Positions 37,521 to 48,754 of a stretch of 64,000 nt of DNA are shown here, piece by piece. A program made the position numbers and the translations under genes. The notes under the pieces were generated by a model. It ran no database searches. It saw nothing but the letters and a program-made list of their open reading frames with translations, and was not told the origin of the DNA. The stretch is from NCBI GenBank assembly GCA_013239625.1, contig MU056303.1, positions 11,104,286-11,168,285 on the forward strand, given 5' to 3'. How positions within the stretch are numbered: position 1 is the stretch's first letter; each line of letters starts with the position of its first letter. The stretch is from Lama guanicoe. Its lineage: Eukaryota.

Positions 37521-38689
37521 GGGCTCCTGAATTAGTTCGTAGACAAATAACACTCTGACTGAGTGGCTCTTGCCCTTCAGGACCCTGATCTCTGCTCCTC
37601 CTCCAGACACCTGCTCCCACTTCCCGGGCGGATGTTCCTTCTGGTCTTGGGGCTTTGGAAAGCCACGCGCCGGGTTCCCTGTGCTCTGGCAGGGGGCGTG
37701 CAATGAGCTTCTTGGCTGGCACGGCGTTTGCTCGGGTTCAGCTCCCCATGGTTCCGTCTCCCGCCTCTCACCCGCCCTGCCTTCCCCCACCGAGCAGAGA
37801 TCACCTCCTCTGTGCTGTGGACTCCGAAACTCTCTTCCTCGTGCCGATGCGATTCTTGGTGCATTGCTTCTCTGGACCCCACACATCCACGGGCACAGCG
37901 ATGTCTCTCCATTTCCCCGCATTCTGAGCTGTGTCCTGACCAGGACGTGTTCTCTGCCTGGAGGCGAAGGCCCCTGACACCGAAAGACCCACCAGTTTGT
38001 TGGTCCAGCGTCTTGCTGGTCGCATGGGCTTAGCCTCTGCCCTGCTGGCACGGCCCTGCCCACCCCCCCCCACCGCTTGCTAGCCAAGCACAAAATCATC
38101 AAAGATGCCACAGACAAGACAGGATGGGCGCCACTCAGTAGAGCTCAAAACAGGATGACTCAGGGGGCATCGCCACCCCTTTAAGGGGCCTCTGGGAAGG
38201 CTGGGCACCAGAGCTTCGACTGTTTCCTCTGCTCGTAATAAAACTTCCCGTGAATTAAGCAGAGTGGGGCTGCAGCCCTGGTCACATCATCTGTCTCTTT
38301 ATTTTGGAGTTGCACGGCAGTATCTTCAGTGCAGGAGCCCCGAATGATACACTGGGCCCTAATACTTCAAGACCCAAGAGGAACAAATACGCAGCTCAGC
38401 GGTGCAGTGCCCGACAGGGCGGGGAGGGTGGGAGGCACCTCGCCAGCTCTTGAAAAGTTCCTTTGAAAGGAAACTTCAGGCCCTGGACTTAGTGCTCTGT
38501 GAGCCAGACACCCCTTTCCTTGTCGCCAGCGTGGGACTCCACCTGCCTCTAGCCTGAGCATGAGGCAGACTTCCGGATACTTCAGGAAAATAGGGGCACA
38601 GGGAGGGGAGAGGGACCCACACTCTGTGTGCCAGGGGCATCTCCTAGAGTCCTCACAGCGATCGGCAGGCAGAGAGCAGACAGTTCAGA

Positions 38690-38970
38690 GACGCGGCCTC
38701 TGGCAGTGAACCACGTAGGTTCATGTGTGTCACCTGGGAGGAGTGCTCATCCTTTCTCAACTACAGCTTCCTCATCACCCAGCAAATAAGGGTGGAAGTG
38801 GCACCTGCTTCAAGGCTTGTTCAGAGGGTCAGAGGAGGTAATCCAAATCAAAACGTGTTTTTCTGATGATCCCCGTTTGACAGATGAGGGAACTATGGCT
38901 CAGAGAGGTTAAGGAACTTGACCAAGGTCACACAGCTGGTAAGCGATGTTAGGATTCTAGTCCCTAGTGC
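38690..38970. mobile_element. Oppositely oriented MIR pair
   Basis: Sense MIR ~38690-38845; antisense core ACAGATGAGGGAACTATGGCTCAGAGAGGTTAAGGAACTTGACCAAGGTCACACAGCT. Confidence 0.75.
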
Positions 38971-39277
38971 ATCTTCTCCCTTGTTTCCTTGCCCCTAAGC
39001 TCTGTGGCAGGAGGGTGGTGGCAAAGTTAGTGGCACAAGCTGTTGATAAGAGTCTCTGGCTGTGATCTGGAAGGGGAGACAGGCTTGGCATGACTATTTG
39101 CAAAGGACAACTTGCTTGGAATCAAAGGGACTGGAAGGGACGGGCCCAGGACATCTCGTAAAAGTCATGGGGTTCTTCTGTCCCGGAGGCCCCTCTGGGC
39201 ACCACGCGCACAGTGAGAGCAAGAAAACACGGCACTTCAGACGGTCCTTTCCTGGGGGGTCTGACGAAGCCCCGTGC

Positions 39278-39357
39278 GCCTGCGTGTGAGCATGTGAGTG
39301 CTTCTGTGTGAGTGACTGCGTGTGTATGAACGTGTGTGTGAGTGTGTCTGTGTGTGC
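39278..39357. repeat. Imperfect (TG)n tract
   Basis: Directly visible. Confidence 0.85.
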
Positions 39358-40319
39358 TGCTGAAGGTGGATGTCTGCGGGGTCCAGGAAGGAATCACAGA
39401 GCCAGAGGTTTCCATGGTAGCTGAGGTACCCGCTGGTCCTTAAATAATTAACCAGCCAGAGCTTTTAAATACATTTCAAAATAAATACTCGGTTCCCTTT
39501 AATGCGATGCTGATTCCTTGTTTATGCATCGCCCGAGGCTACGTAAGCCACTGTCATTCTTGCTCTGAGGTGGTTGCAGCATCTTGAGTTGTCATGAAGA
39601 GAAGCGTCTATTGTCAGGGGGCCAGACTCTGACTTCACCTTGTCTGGAGGAAGGAAGATGGGGTGAGAGGGAGGAAGTTCTGCTTCTGCTCCTCTTCTGG
39701 CACTGGGGACATCTAGGGGCTCGGGGGCAGCTTCACCCCTGCCCTGGTGTATCTGCTAGCTGTCCAGCAGGCAGGTTTCTCTGAGAGATGCTCTCCTGCC
39801 CACAGCCCCTAGGAGAGAGGTTGCTCATGATGCACTGCCTTTTGGATCATTTCCTTTTCTAGCGGTGGAATCCTGTGACCTGGCGAGTGGACACAGCCTG
39901 CCCCTCCCTCTCCTCCCTCATCTGTTTATGTCTGTACTCACATCCGGGCACAGGCATCACCTTGGTGTAGACTCTGCCTGAAGGCCACGCTCCCCTTGAC
40001 TCCTTCCCGGGCGAGAGCCCACACGGCTGGGTGCACAAGAGAAGTGAGGAGGGATGTGCAGAATACTCTGAATTTTGCATGGCTTGGGCCGGACGTCTGA
40101 CTTTTTTTGGCCTCATTGTAATTTGGGTCAGCGAGTGACACTTAGGGAATCTCAATACCTGTGTCAGTGGTAGGCCCATGGGCCAGGGCTCTCGTCCCTG
40201 GGAGGCTGACCAGGCTGTGACGGTCTCCTCCTGGAGGACATCAGGGTCACCAGTCACCATCCCCAGCAAGGTGTCCGATCAAGGGAAGCAGTGGTGGCAG
40301 TTCTGGGCTATATGTCAAT

Positions 40320-40560
40320 AATAATAAAAATAACGCAGTCCGTGTTTGATGAGTCCTCACTATGTCAAAAGCTCTGGGTGGGTGCTTTGCCTGTGTCGCC
40401 TCCGGGGATATTCACATCACCCCTGTGACCAGGTGCTGTGATTGGCTCCACAGAGCAGGAGGAAGCAGGCCCAGAGACACTGCCTTGTTTGCCTGTGGTC
40501 AAGGGTGCGCCTGGTGATGGAGTTGGGATTTGAACCTGCAGTTGTGTGGCAGGTGCTTTT
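40320..40560 (-). mobile_element. MIR SINE
   Basis: AATAATAA..GAGTCCTCACTATGT..GAGTTGGGATTTGAACCTG. Confidence 0.7.
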
Positions 40561-40569
40561 AGCCAAAGT

Positions 40570-41410
40570 GACAGTAGAGCCTTCTGACACATGAAGCAAA
40601 AACCTGACAGACAAGAAAGGAGAAACAGGCAATCTGCAATTACAGTTGGAGAATTTAACACCCCGCTCTCGGCAGTTGATAGAAACCCTAGACAGGACAT
40701 CGGCAAAAAAATTAACAACGTAACCAGCCTACAGGATCTAATTGGCATGCATAGAACACCTCTGACAGCAGCCATGACAGCTTTTTTTGAGCACCCATGA
40801 AACACTCAATGTGATATTTATATCCTTAAAAAAACCTCAGCATTTCAAAGAATTAAAATCATAAAAAAGTGCTTGACATCATTAGCCATTAGGAAAATGC
40901 ACATTAAAACCACATGAGATATTATTTACATACCAATTAGAATGACTAAAATAAAAAATAGTGACAACACCAAATGCTGGTGATGATGCAGGGAAACTGT
41001 ATTACCCACACATCAATGATGAGAATATAAAATCGCACAACCACTTTGGGAAATAGTTTGCCCCGTTTCTTACAAAGCTAAACATGCACTTATCATATGA
41101 CCCAGAAATTACACTCCTAGGCATTTATCCCCACCAAATGCAAAACTTATGTTCATGCAAATACTAAACACAAAGGTTCATAGCAGTTTTATTCATAACA
41201 GCCCCAAACTGGAAGCTCTCCAAATGTTTTTCAATGGGCGAATGGTTAGATACATCGTGTATATCCCACCATGGAATATTACTCAGCAATAAAAAGGAAC
41301 CAGCTCTTAATAGAGGGAAAAACTTGGATGGATCTCAAGGAAATTATGCTGAATGATAAAACCAATCCCCAAATCTTACAGATGTATGATTCATTTGTAT
41401 AACATCCCAT
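40570..41410 (+). mobile_element. Old L1 (L1MC/MD-like) with large internal deletion
   Basis: ORF 40591-40800 ITVGEFNTPLSAVDR..RQ..LQDLIGMHRT is the L1 endonuclease; from ~40865 the sequence is ORF2 C-terminus and 3'UTR. Confidence 0.88.
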
Positions 41411-41674
41411 CCATTGTTAAGGAAAAATACTGAAAAACACTGTTCTAAGTGTGCCAAGGATCCTTTTCAGCCTTTCATATGGACCACAGTCCTGAAACAG
41501 ACGGCATCCATCATTCTAGGATGGGGCTTCATGGCTCACCCTTCTGCCATCTTCTACTGGTATTTGGGGGACATTTTCCTTCAAGGTAGGAATGACTGGA
41601 GGCCAATATATTTCAAGCAATCATAAAACAAATTAGAATGTTAGAGGGAAAGAAATCTTAGAGACCTTCTAGGT

Positions 41675-41852
41675 CAGCAGTTCACAATCCTGGCCGAACA
41701 ACATAATCACCTGGCAGCTCTAAAGCAGACCAGTGTCTGGGACCCAGCCCCAGGGGTTCTACTTTACTTGACTTGAGAAGGTACCCAGGCATCACCAGTT
41801 TTTAAAAGCTCCCCAAGGGATTCTAAAGCGCAGCCGGGTTTGAGAACCACTG
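41675..41852. mobile_element. MER5A-like hAT-Charlie element inside a MIR
   Basis: TIRs CAGCAGTTCACAA / TTTGAGAACCACTG; internal AATCACCTGG..AAAAGCTCCCCAAGGGATTCT. Confidence 0.85.
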
Positions 41853-43640
41853 ACAAGTCTGAGCTCGTTTTACAGGCGAGGAAATTTCAAGCCCCCAGAA
41901 GTGAAATGAATAGCCCAATGTAGGTCACATGGCTGGATCTTTTTCAACGCTGTCTCCCCAAACCTGGGATCTCTCTCCCTATTCATGTGATTCTTTCACG
42001 CTCTTATCACCTTCATCCTTGCAAATCTTTAGCATAAGAAGCACAGTTGAATTGCTCCCTTTGTAAGGATAGCAAAACTGAGGCACATGGAGACAAAATG
42101 ATGTCTTTGATTAAGACTTTGCAGATGGCAGCAGAGTAAAACCACAAATGCAGCCTCTTGTGTTTTAGCCCAAGAAAAGCTCCTAAAAGGGAACGTTGGG
42201 CATTCGTTTACCAAGCCCGCGTTACTGAGAGACACGCTTTGTACCCACGCACAGGGCTCCAAGCTCTCGGAGGCCTCCCTCCAGGCCAATGTCTCCAGCA
42301 TCTCTTCACCATAATTCATTGAAGTATCCCGAAATTTTCATAGATCTTAATCTGTTACTTCCAGCACCTATTGGATCTCGATTTGCACCCAATTTGTCTC
42401 TGCCTCCTACTAGGAATGAGAACAAACAGCCCCTGCCCTTCTCGTTTCTGAAGTGGCCTATTTACAATTGCATTTTAGTGCAAATTGGTCCATTTATTCA
42501 TTAGCTTTAATGTGTCCCTTTCAATGTCTAGTTACCAACAGAGATGTTATCATCATTCACCATGGCATTCTGGGGTGTCCAAACTTTATTAAATATGGTC
42601 TGTGACACAGTGGGAGTAAGAGTGTGGATGTGGAAGGAAGGGGTGGTCATGAGAAGAGCAGGGAAAAGAAGCTAACCCAGCACCCAAGACCTTGGCCCCT
42701 TGGGGCTGGCTCTTGGCATTAAGGAGATTCCCAGGTGGAGCCTGGAGGAGGGAAGTATAGGCGGACTGTCTCTAAGGGTTTCTCAGAGGGGCAGTGGGAG
42801 AAGCCCTGAACACCCAGCCAGGAATGAAAAACAGCTCTTCATCATGCTCATGGATTCTCTGTCTTGGTGTCATCACCGCTTGGAAAGTAAATGCCTTCAT
42901 TTTTGTTTCTCAGCTACATCATTTTGTAACAAGGATCTGTGAATTTTAACAGATGCATTTCAGAAAATATTGGTGGTGTAATTTTTAGTTTATGTGTTGC
43001 CATCCATTGCTCTGCTTTTTCTCTTTTTCTTTTTAAGTTGAAATCGCTTCTTGTCTTTAAGCCAAGGGAAGTGATGTGTAGCATCAAGAGAAGAAAATTT
43101 TAGGAAGACGTAGCTCCCCAAAGGCAACTTACAGGTAGGGAAAGACTGAGATTTGAGGAAGAAGCCCTGGGTTTGGATCCGGCGCCTACTAGCCTGCGGG
43201 CCAGTGCTCTTCATTTGGGTTACTGTCATACACAGAGCTAGGCTAAAGAGCTGAATGTGACCTGTAGAGATGAGCGCTCTAAACCCCAGCCTCAGAGTAA
43301 AATTTTGAAAAAGCAGCCCCAAGTCTGGTTAAGAAGAGGTAAGATGTGTGGGAACAATTCTAGCTGAGCCTGGACACAAAAGGTCACCTCTCCCTTAATG
43401 TGTTCAGGGCAGTAAATCTCTACTTCTGCACCTGACAGTTGAGTCATCTTTGCACCTCCATAAATGCTTCTTTATTCCTTCACTGGTTCGTTCATTCATT
43501 CATTCATTCACTCATTCATTCATTTCACTCATTCATTTATTCATTTGTTTCTTCCTTCTCCAGCCTCCATGTCCCTCCCATTTTCAGGACACCAGGTACA
43601 TATTAGAGACTGAACACTCTATTAAACACAACATAGCTCA

Positions 43641-43977
43641 AATGAACTTATTTACAGAACAGAAACAGACTCACAGACATAGAAAACAAACTGACGGTTA
43701 CAGCGGAGAGGAAGGGGGTGGGAAAGGGTATATTGGGAGTTCGAGATTTGCAGATATATAGGTTAGTACCTATATATATAATAGAAAAATAAGAAGTTTA
43801 TACTGTGCAGCACAGGGAACTCTATTCAATATCTTGTAGTAACTTATGGTGAAAAAGAATATGAAAATGAATATATGTATGTTCCTGTATGACTGAAGCA
43901 CCGTGCTGTACACCAGAAATTGACACAACACTGTAAACTGACTATACTTCAAGAAAAATACATATATACAAAGAAAC
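43641..43977 (+). mobile_element. Camelid L1 3' end with TSD
   Basis: TSD CAACATAGCTCA at 43629-43640 and 43978-43989; AATGAACTTATTTACAGAACAGAAACAGACTCACAGACATAG.. Confidence 0.93.
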
Positions 43978-44018
43978 CAACATAGCTCAGAGCTCCAGCC
44001 CTGAGATGACAGTAACGC

Positions 44019-44500
44019 AGTGTCACATTGACTTTCGGGGGCCCTAGGAATTTGACCTTCAGGGACTCCTTAAAATAATTATTATTATTTAAACTAAATA
44101 ATTAAAATTAAAATTTTAATTTAAAATAATTATTATTATTTAAGTATAATAATAAATTAATTTTTAAAATAATTATTTAAAATTAATTTAAAAATTTAAA
44201 ATAACTTATTCAAAATAATATTAAAATTAAAATTATTATTTAATAATAATTATTATTAAATGATAATTAAAATAATAATTATTTAAATATAAAAATAAAA
44301 TTTATACTTACATTAAATATATATTCAGTACATATTAAATATATTATATATACAATTATATTTTATAACTGTGTTGATATAAAGACAAACACAAGCTAGG
44401 CTGGATTATATTTAATTTTCCTTCCTATTTTAAAAGAAATTAAAGCATTTTTGTGAGCGCTTAAACATATGGTGGCTCCTAGGCACTGTGCCTATGACCA
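44019..44500 (-). mobile_element. MER96-like hAT DNA element with internal AT-rich expansion
   Basis: GACTTTCGGGGGCCCTAGG at left; GATATAAAGAC..AGGCTGGATTAT..TTTTAAAAGAAATTAAA..CCTAGGCACTGTGCCTA at right. Confidence 0.65.
44070..44367. repeat. ~300-bp almost pure A/T low-complexity tract with palindromes
   Basis: Built of AAT/TTA/TTAAAA units; 24-bp perfect palindrome at 44238-44261. Confidence 0.95.
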
Positions 44501-45504
44501 CAGACTTTTAGGACAGACCTAAGGCTGGTCTCTGCTTCCAGATCAAAACACTGCTCTCACTTCTAAGTTCTGCCTTCATCTGGCCAGATGCTCTGAACCC
44601 AGAGGAGATTTCAGGTCAAAAACCAGAGACCAATGGATTCTGGGTGAGTGCAGGAAAGTCTAGCCCAGGAAAATCACCTCGGGAGCAGGAAGTCCAGTAA
44701 AATCCTCACTGAGTGAATGAACTAGTGACTGCTTTAAACAGGAGGGTGCACTTCACCTGTGCCTCCAGCGAGGCTAATCTGGAAATGATCCTCGAAGGCA
44801 GTGTTTACCTGAAAAATGCCGACGGATCCTTGCCTAATCAAATAAAAGCAGAAAACACCAGGACAGCCACTTCCAAAGAAAGGACGAACGAGCATCTAGG
44901 GCCAAATGCCAGATGTCTTTCTCGCTACACACAGCAAGTGTGTTAGGTCAGAAAACAATAATGAGCCAGTGCCACCGCTTAGCGGGCTACAAAGGCATTT
45001 AAACGCATTCTCTCTCACTCTCACCGAGGTGAGGATGTCAGCTCCATTTTGAGGAAATGGAGGAAGAGCGATGAACTGATGGCTCAAGACACGGACTCCT
45101 GGGATTTTGCGGCTACGTGGCTTCAGCTGCCTTTCCTAACCTCGCAGGGATCCAGTTTTCCAAATGTTAAGTGTAGCCAGGGCTGCACATTAGGTACCAG
45201 GCATATGCGAAGGGACTTAATGTTATTTTAAATTATATTTTCAGAAGAGAGTGATGAGGATAATTTCATTCTTGGAATGCCACTACTCAGAGCTTCGTGG
45301 AATTTCCAAGCAAGTCATGGAAAGTAAGAGAACGGAATTTGGAACTGGGGTCCTGCCTCAGCTGCTCACCCGTGGAGTGCCGCGAGGAGACACACCTTAC
45401 ACTCTGCCCAGGACTTAATCCCTCAGTCCCTAGCAAACTGGGACAGCTGGCCCTCCGAGACCCACCTCCCTAACCAGTCTCTGCTTCCCACTGAAACCAG
45501 AAGG

Positions 45505-45650
45505 GGACTTCTTAATCCTCACAACATCCTTCAAGGTGTGTGTCATCGTCTTCTTACTACAGACGAGGAAAGTGAGGCCTGAGAGGCGCAGACAGCTGCC
45601 CGAGGTGGCTCCGCCGTGAAGTGAGGGTCTGAAGCCGCGGCTCAGTCTCA
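45505..45650 (-). mobile_element. MIR SINE
   Basis: TTAATCCTCACAACATCC..TACAGACGAGGAAAGTGAGGCCTGAGAGG. Confidence 0.8.
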
Positions 45651-45719
45651 GGTGCATGATCTTCCCTTCACACCAGGCTTCCGGAAGCACCTCCTGGCCC
45701 GGGGGGCCTCTGCAGTAAA

Positions 45720-46085
45720 GTGCCATCTGTCGAGCCAGACCCTGGATGGGGCCTCAGGCTGTGAATCCCCCCCTTGGAGGAGGCCCCCCCATGCTGGAAA
45801 CAGGACATGGTTAATTTGATGCGACAGGACCTGGTTAATGCAGTGAAGGGTTTCCAGCTGCAGGATGAGACCACCGCGGTCTTTCATTTCAAGGGAGGAG
45901 GGTGGGATGCTTGCCTGCAAGTGGGTGGGAGGAGAAGATTCTTCGGGAGCCTGCCTGGCCTGCTTTATTATTAGGTTAATTGAAACCATAAAAGCAAACT
46001 CAGATTTGCATTAAAGCCCTCCATAGCAGATGGCGACAAGTTCCGAGCTCCATAAAAAGAGGATTGAAAGTTATAAAACGTCTTG
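45720..46085. promoter_or_regulatory. Candidate developmental enhancer
   Basis: Octamer ATTTGCAT 46004-46011, CCATAAAA twice, CAGATGG-type E-box twice, multiple TAAT cores. Confidence 0.4.
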
Positions 46086-46304
46086 GTCTCATCTGTGCCG
46101 GAGTGCTGGAGGAACGGCACTGTGGGAGGCGGGCCCCGCACCCTCCTCCACCCTGTGAATCAGCTTTTGGGACTGCACAGCCCCGGTCCTGTCCCCCGAA
46201 GTCCCCTCCCGGAGCCACACACCTTCTCCAGCTGGAATGGTCCATTGTCACCAGGGGTCTTGAGCCCTAGAAATGCTCACAGCATCCTTCTCTGTGCTCT
46301 CTCT

Positions 46305-46514
46305 CTCTCTGTTTTTTTTTTTTTATTTTTTAACATATTTTTTAAACATTTTTATTGATTTATAATCATTTTACAATGTTGTGTCAAATTCCAGTGTAGA
46401 GCACAATTTTTCAGTTATACAGGAGCATATATATATATTCAGTGTCACTTTTCTTCTCTGTGAGCTACCATAAGATCTTGTGTATATTTCCCTGTGATAT
46501 ACAGTATCATCTTG
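46305..46514 (-). mobile_element. Young camelid L1 3' fragment with 14-bp TSD
   Basis: TSD TCTGTGCTCTCTCT at 46291-46304 and 46515-46528; same subfamily as 34733-34940. Confidence 0.93.
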
Positions 46515-46999
46515 TCTGTGCTCTCTCTTAAAGCGTGTTTTCACATCAACATTCTGGGGGAGATGAGGTTTGCCCGTAGCCTGTCTCCGTTTTATTTATG
46601 CCACTTTCCTCCTTTCAACCGGTACTACCCTCCTGGCTCCACCACAGCGCCCAGCTGGTCTCGCTCCCCTTGCTTCCTTTCCGGGACGTCCCAGGCTGCA
46701 GACGTCCCTCTTCATCCCTGTCCAGGAAACCTGCCACTTCTCATTGTTCACGGTGTAGCTGACCCAGAGGAGCGGGGCCCGATGCACTGATCGCCCTGTC
46801 TGTTCATGGAAAGTATGTCTCCTCAATGCGCTTCTCCTTCCATCGGATAACCCTGCCTCCCACACACCTGGGAAAATAGAATCCTTCCGACACCAGGCCC
46901 TAAGGACATCAATGCCACCGTGATCTTGTCGCCCTGCTCGGAGGAAAGAACTTCCTGCCACACCACACCTTGTGCCTCATCCTGTCTTGTCACATTGCC

Positions 47000-47370
47000 T
47001 TCTGGACTTTGTCCCACCAGTTACCTCTTTCCTCCTGCATTTTGACTTTCCCCTCTCTCCTTGGTCTCTTCTCTGTCTCCACACATGCCCGAGGAACCCC
47101 TCCTTCCCCAAGCCCACTCTGTCCTCACCGCAGCCTCCAGCCTCTCCGTGGAGTCCTGGTTCCTGCTGCCTCTGGTCCCTCCTTATCCCCACCACGTCCC
47201 CGCAAGGCCACCCACTTTACCCGCGCTCAGAGCCCAGGGCTGTTCGGCCGCCTCCTGTCTGCTTGTTCCTGCAGCACCGTCTCTGTAAGCCTGAAGGCTG
47301 TCTTTCCCCTTACGCCACCGCAAGCACACCAGTAAAGAGTATTTCTCCCCAAATGTGTGACTGATGAGCT
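47000..47370 (+). mobile_element. L2 3' end, decayed
   Basis: CTGTAAGCCTGAAGGCTGTC..GCACACCAGTA..TGACTGATG. Confidence 0.45.
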
Positions 47371-48414
47371 CCTAGGACTTTGTGTGTCCCTCCGTAGCCC
47401 AAAGGTGCTGTAACGGTCACTGAAGTGGGAGCGTACCCTCTAAGACTTTGTCTTCTTTGAAGCAAGAGACCATGTTCTGATCACCCAGCATTCAGTTCTG
47501 GCAGGAGAATCCTTCTGAAAGTGGTGTCATTTACTTCACAGACAGAAGAAAAAGAGAATGACGTTTCCATGATAGCAGCCACGAGGGGACATCCAGAAGG
47601 AGCCTGAACAAAACCATTGTGCCAGGTCCTTGCCCTCAAGCTACGACCAACCGAAAGGAAGACCCATGAGGCGGGTGTGACCCAGACTTTATAGCATTTG
47701 GTGCCGGCTGGGAGCAGGGCCCCAGAGCTGCGTGGATCCAGAGGGGCCTCGTGCCCCCTGCGGAAGTGGAAACCACCCAATGAGAAGTAGGAAGCTCTCC
47801 TCCGCGAAGTGGTCCAGGGCGAGCCCTGAGAGACGTGGCGCTGGGAAAGGAAGTGGCATGTGGACAACTGGAGTTTTTGGCAGGAACGTGGGCTGAGGGC
47901 TGAGAACTGTGTTATCTTTCAACCATCAGCCACTCGCCAAGTGTCTCATGTACGGAAGAGGGTCCTTGAAGGTTTGCAGGGGGAGTGCATGCAATGAGGA
48001 TGGGCAGGGGAGGTGGATAAGGCACTGACAGGCGGTCGAGTCCGCACAGAGGAAGACAGTCATATCTGCACTGAGGGTGTGGTCTGTGAAGAATGGGGGA
48101 CAGACCCACAGGAGGAGGTGGGAGACGCCCCCAGGAAGAGTCTCTGTGAGTACTGAGGGCGGAGCAACCTTTCCAGGATCCCTGATCACTCACTCGTGGT
48201 TCCCGGTGGTGAGCGGACCTTCCACGAGTCTCTTCCACTCGCTCTCAGAACAGCGACTGGCCCTGGGACACAGCCAGAGGCACTGCTGACGCGATCAGCA
48301 GTGGGCACGCTACAGAAATTACGAAGTGTGTTTCCCAGAGGCCTGGTGTGTCGGGGGGCTGTCTGGGAAGGTGATGGGGAGGTTGAAAGTGGGGCCCCCA
48401 TTTCTCCTTCCGCA

Positions 48415-48669
48415 GGCGTGTAGTGTGTTGGGTGGGAGCATGAGTGCCTGGGTTCAAATGTCAGCCCCATTACTAATCAGCTGTGTGACTTTGGTCAAGT
48501 GACTTGACCCCTCTGTGCCCGTTTCTGTTCTGTAAAAGCAGGATGTTAGCGGTATGTATCGCTTAGGCTTCTGTGCATGTGAAATAATTAATTTGTGTAA
48601 AATGCTTGGAATTATGCCTGGCACATAGTAAGGGCTCAAGAAATGGTAGCCATCATAATAATGATATTA

Positions 48670-48670
<1 letters not shown>
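48415..48670 (+). mobile_element. MIR SINE, near full length
   Basis: TGCCTGGGTTCAAAT..CTGTGTGACTTTGGTCAAGTGACTTGACCCCTCTGTGCC..TGCCTGGCACATAGTAAGGGCTCAA. Confidence 0.9.

Positions 48671-48713
<43 letters not shown>
48671..48713. repeat. (ATT)~14 microsatellite at the MIR tail
   Basis: Directly visible. Confidence 0.95.
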
Positions 48714-48715
<2 letters not shown>

Positions 48716-48754
48716 CCTGGCTTCTCTGAGAAGCTTTCAGAAAGCTTCTCCACC

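Noticed and set aside
37260-38117. 285-aa minus-strand ORF, the longest in the window
   Set aside because: Low-information GC-rich composition, its 3' part overlaps a MIR, several frames are open together, and no domain is recognised.
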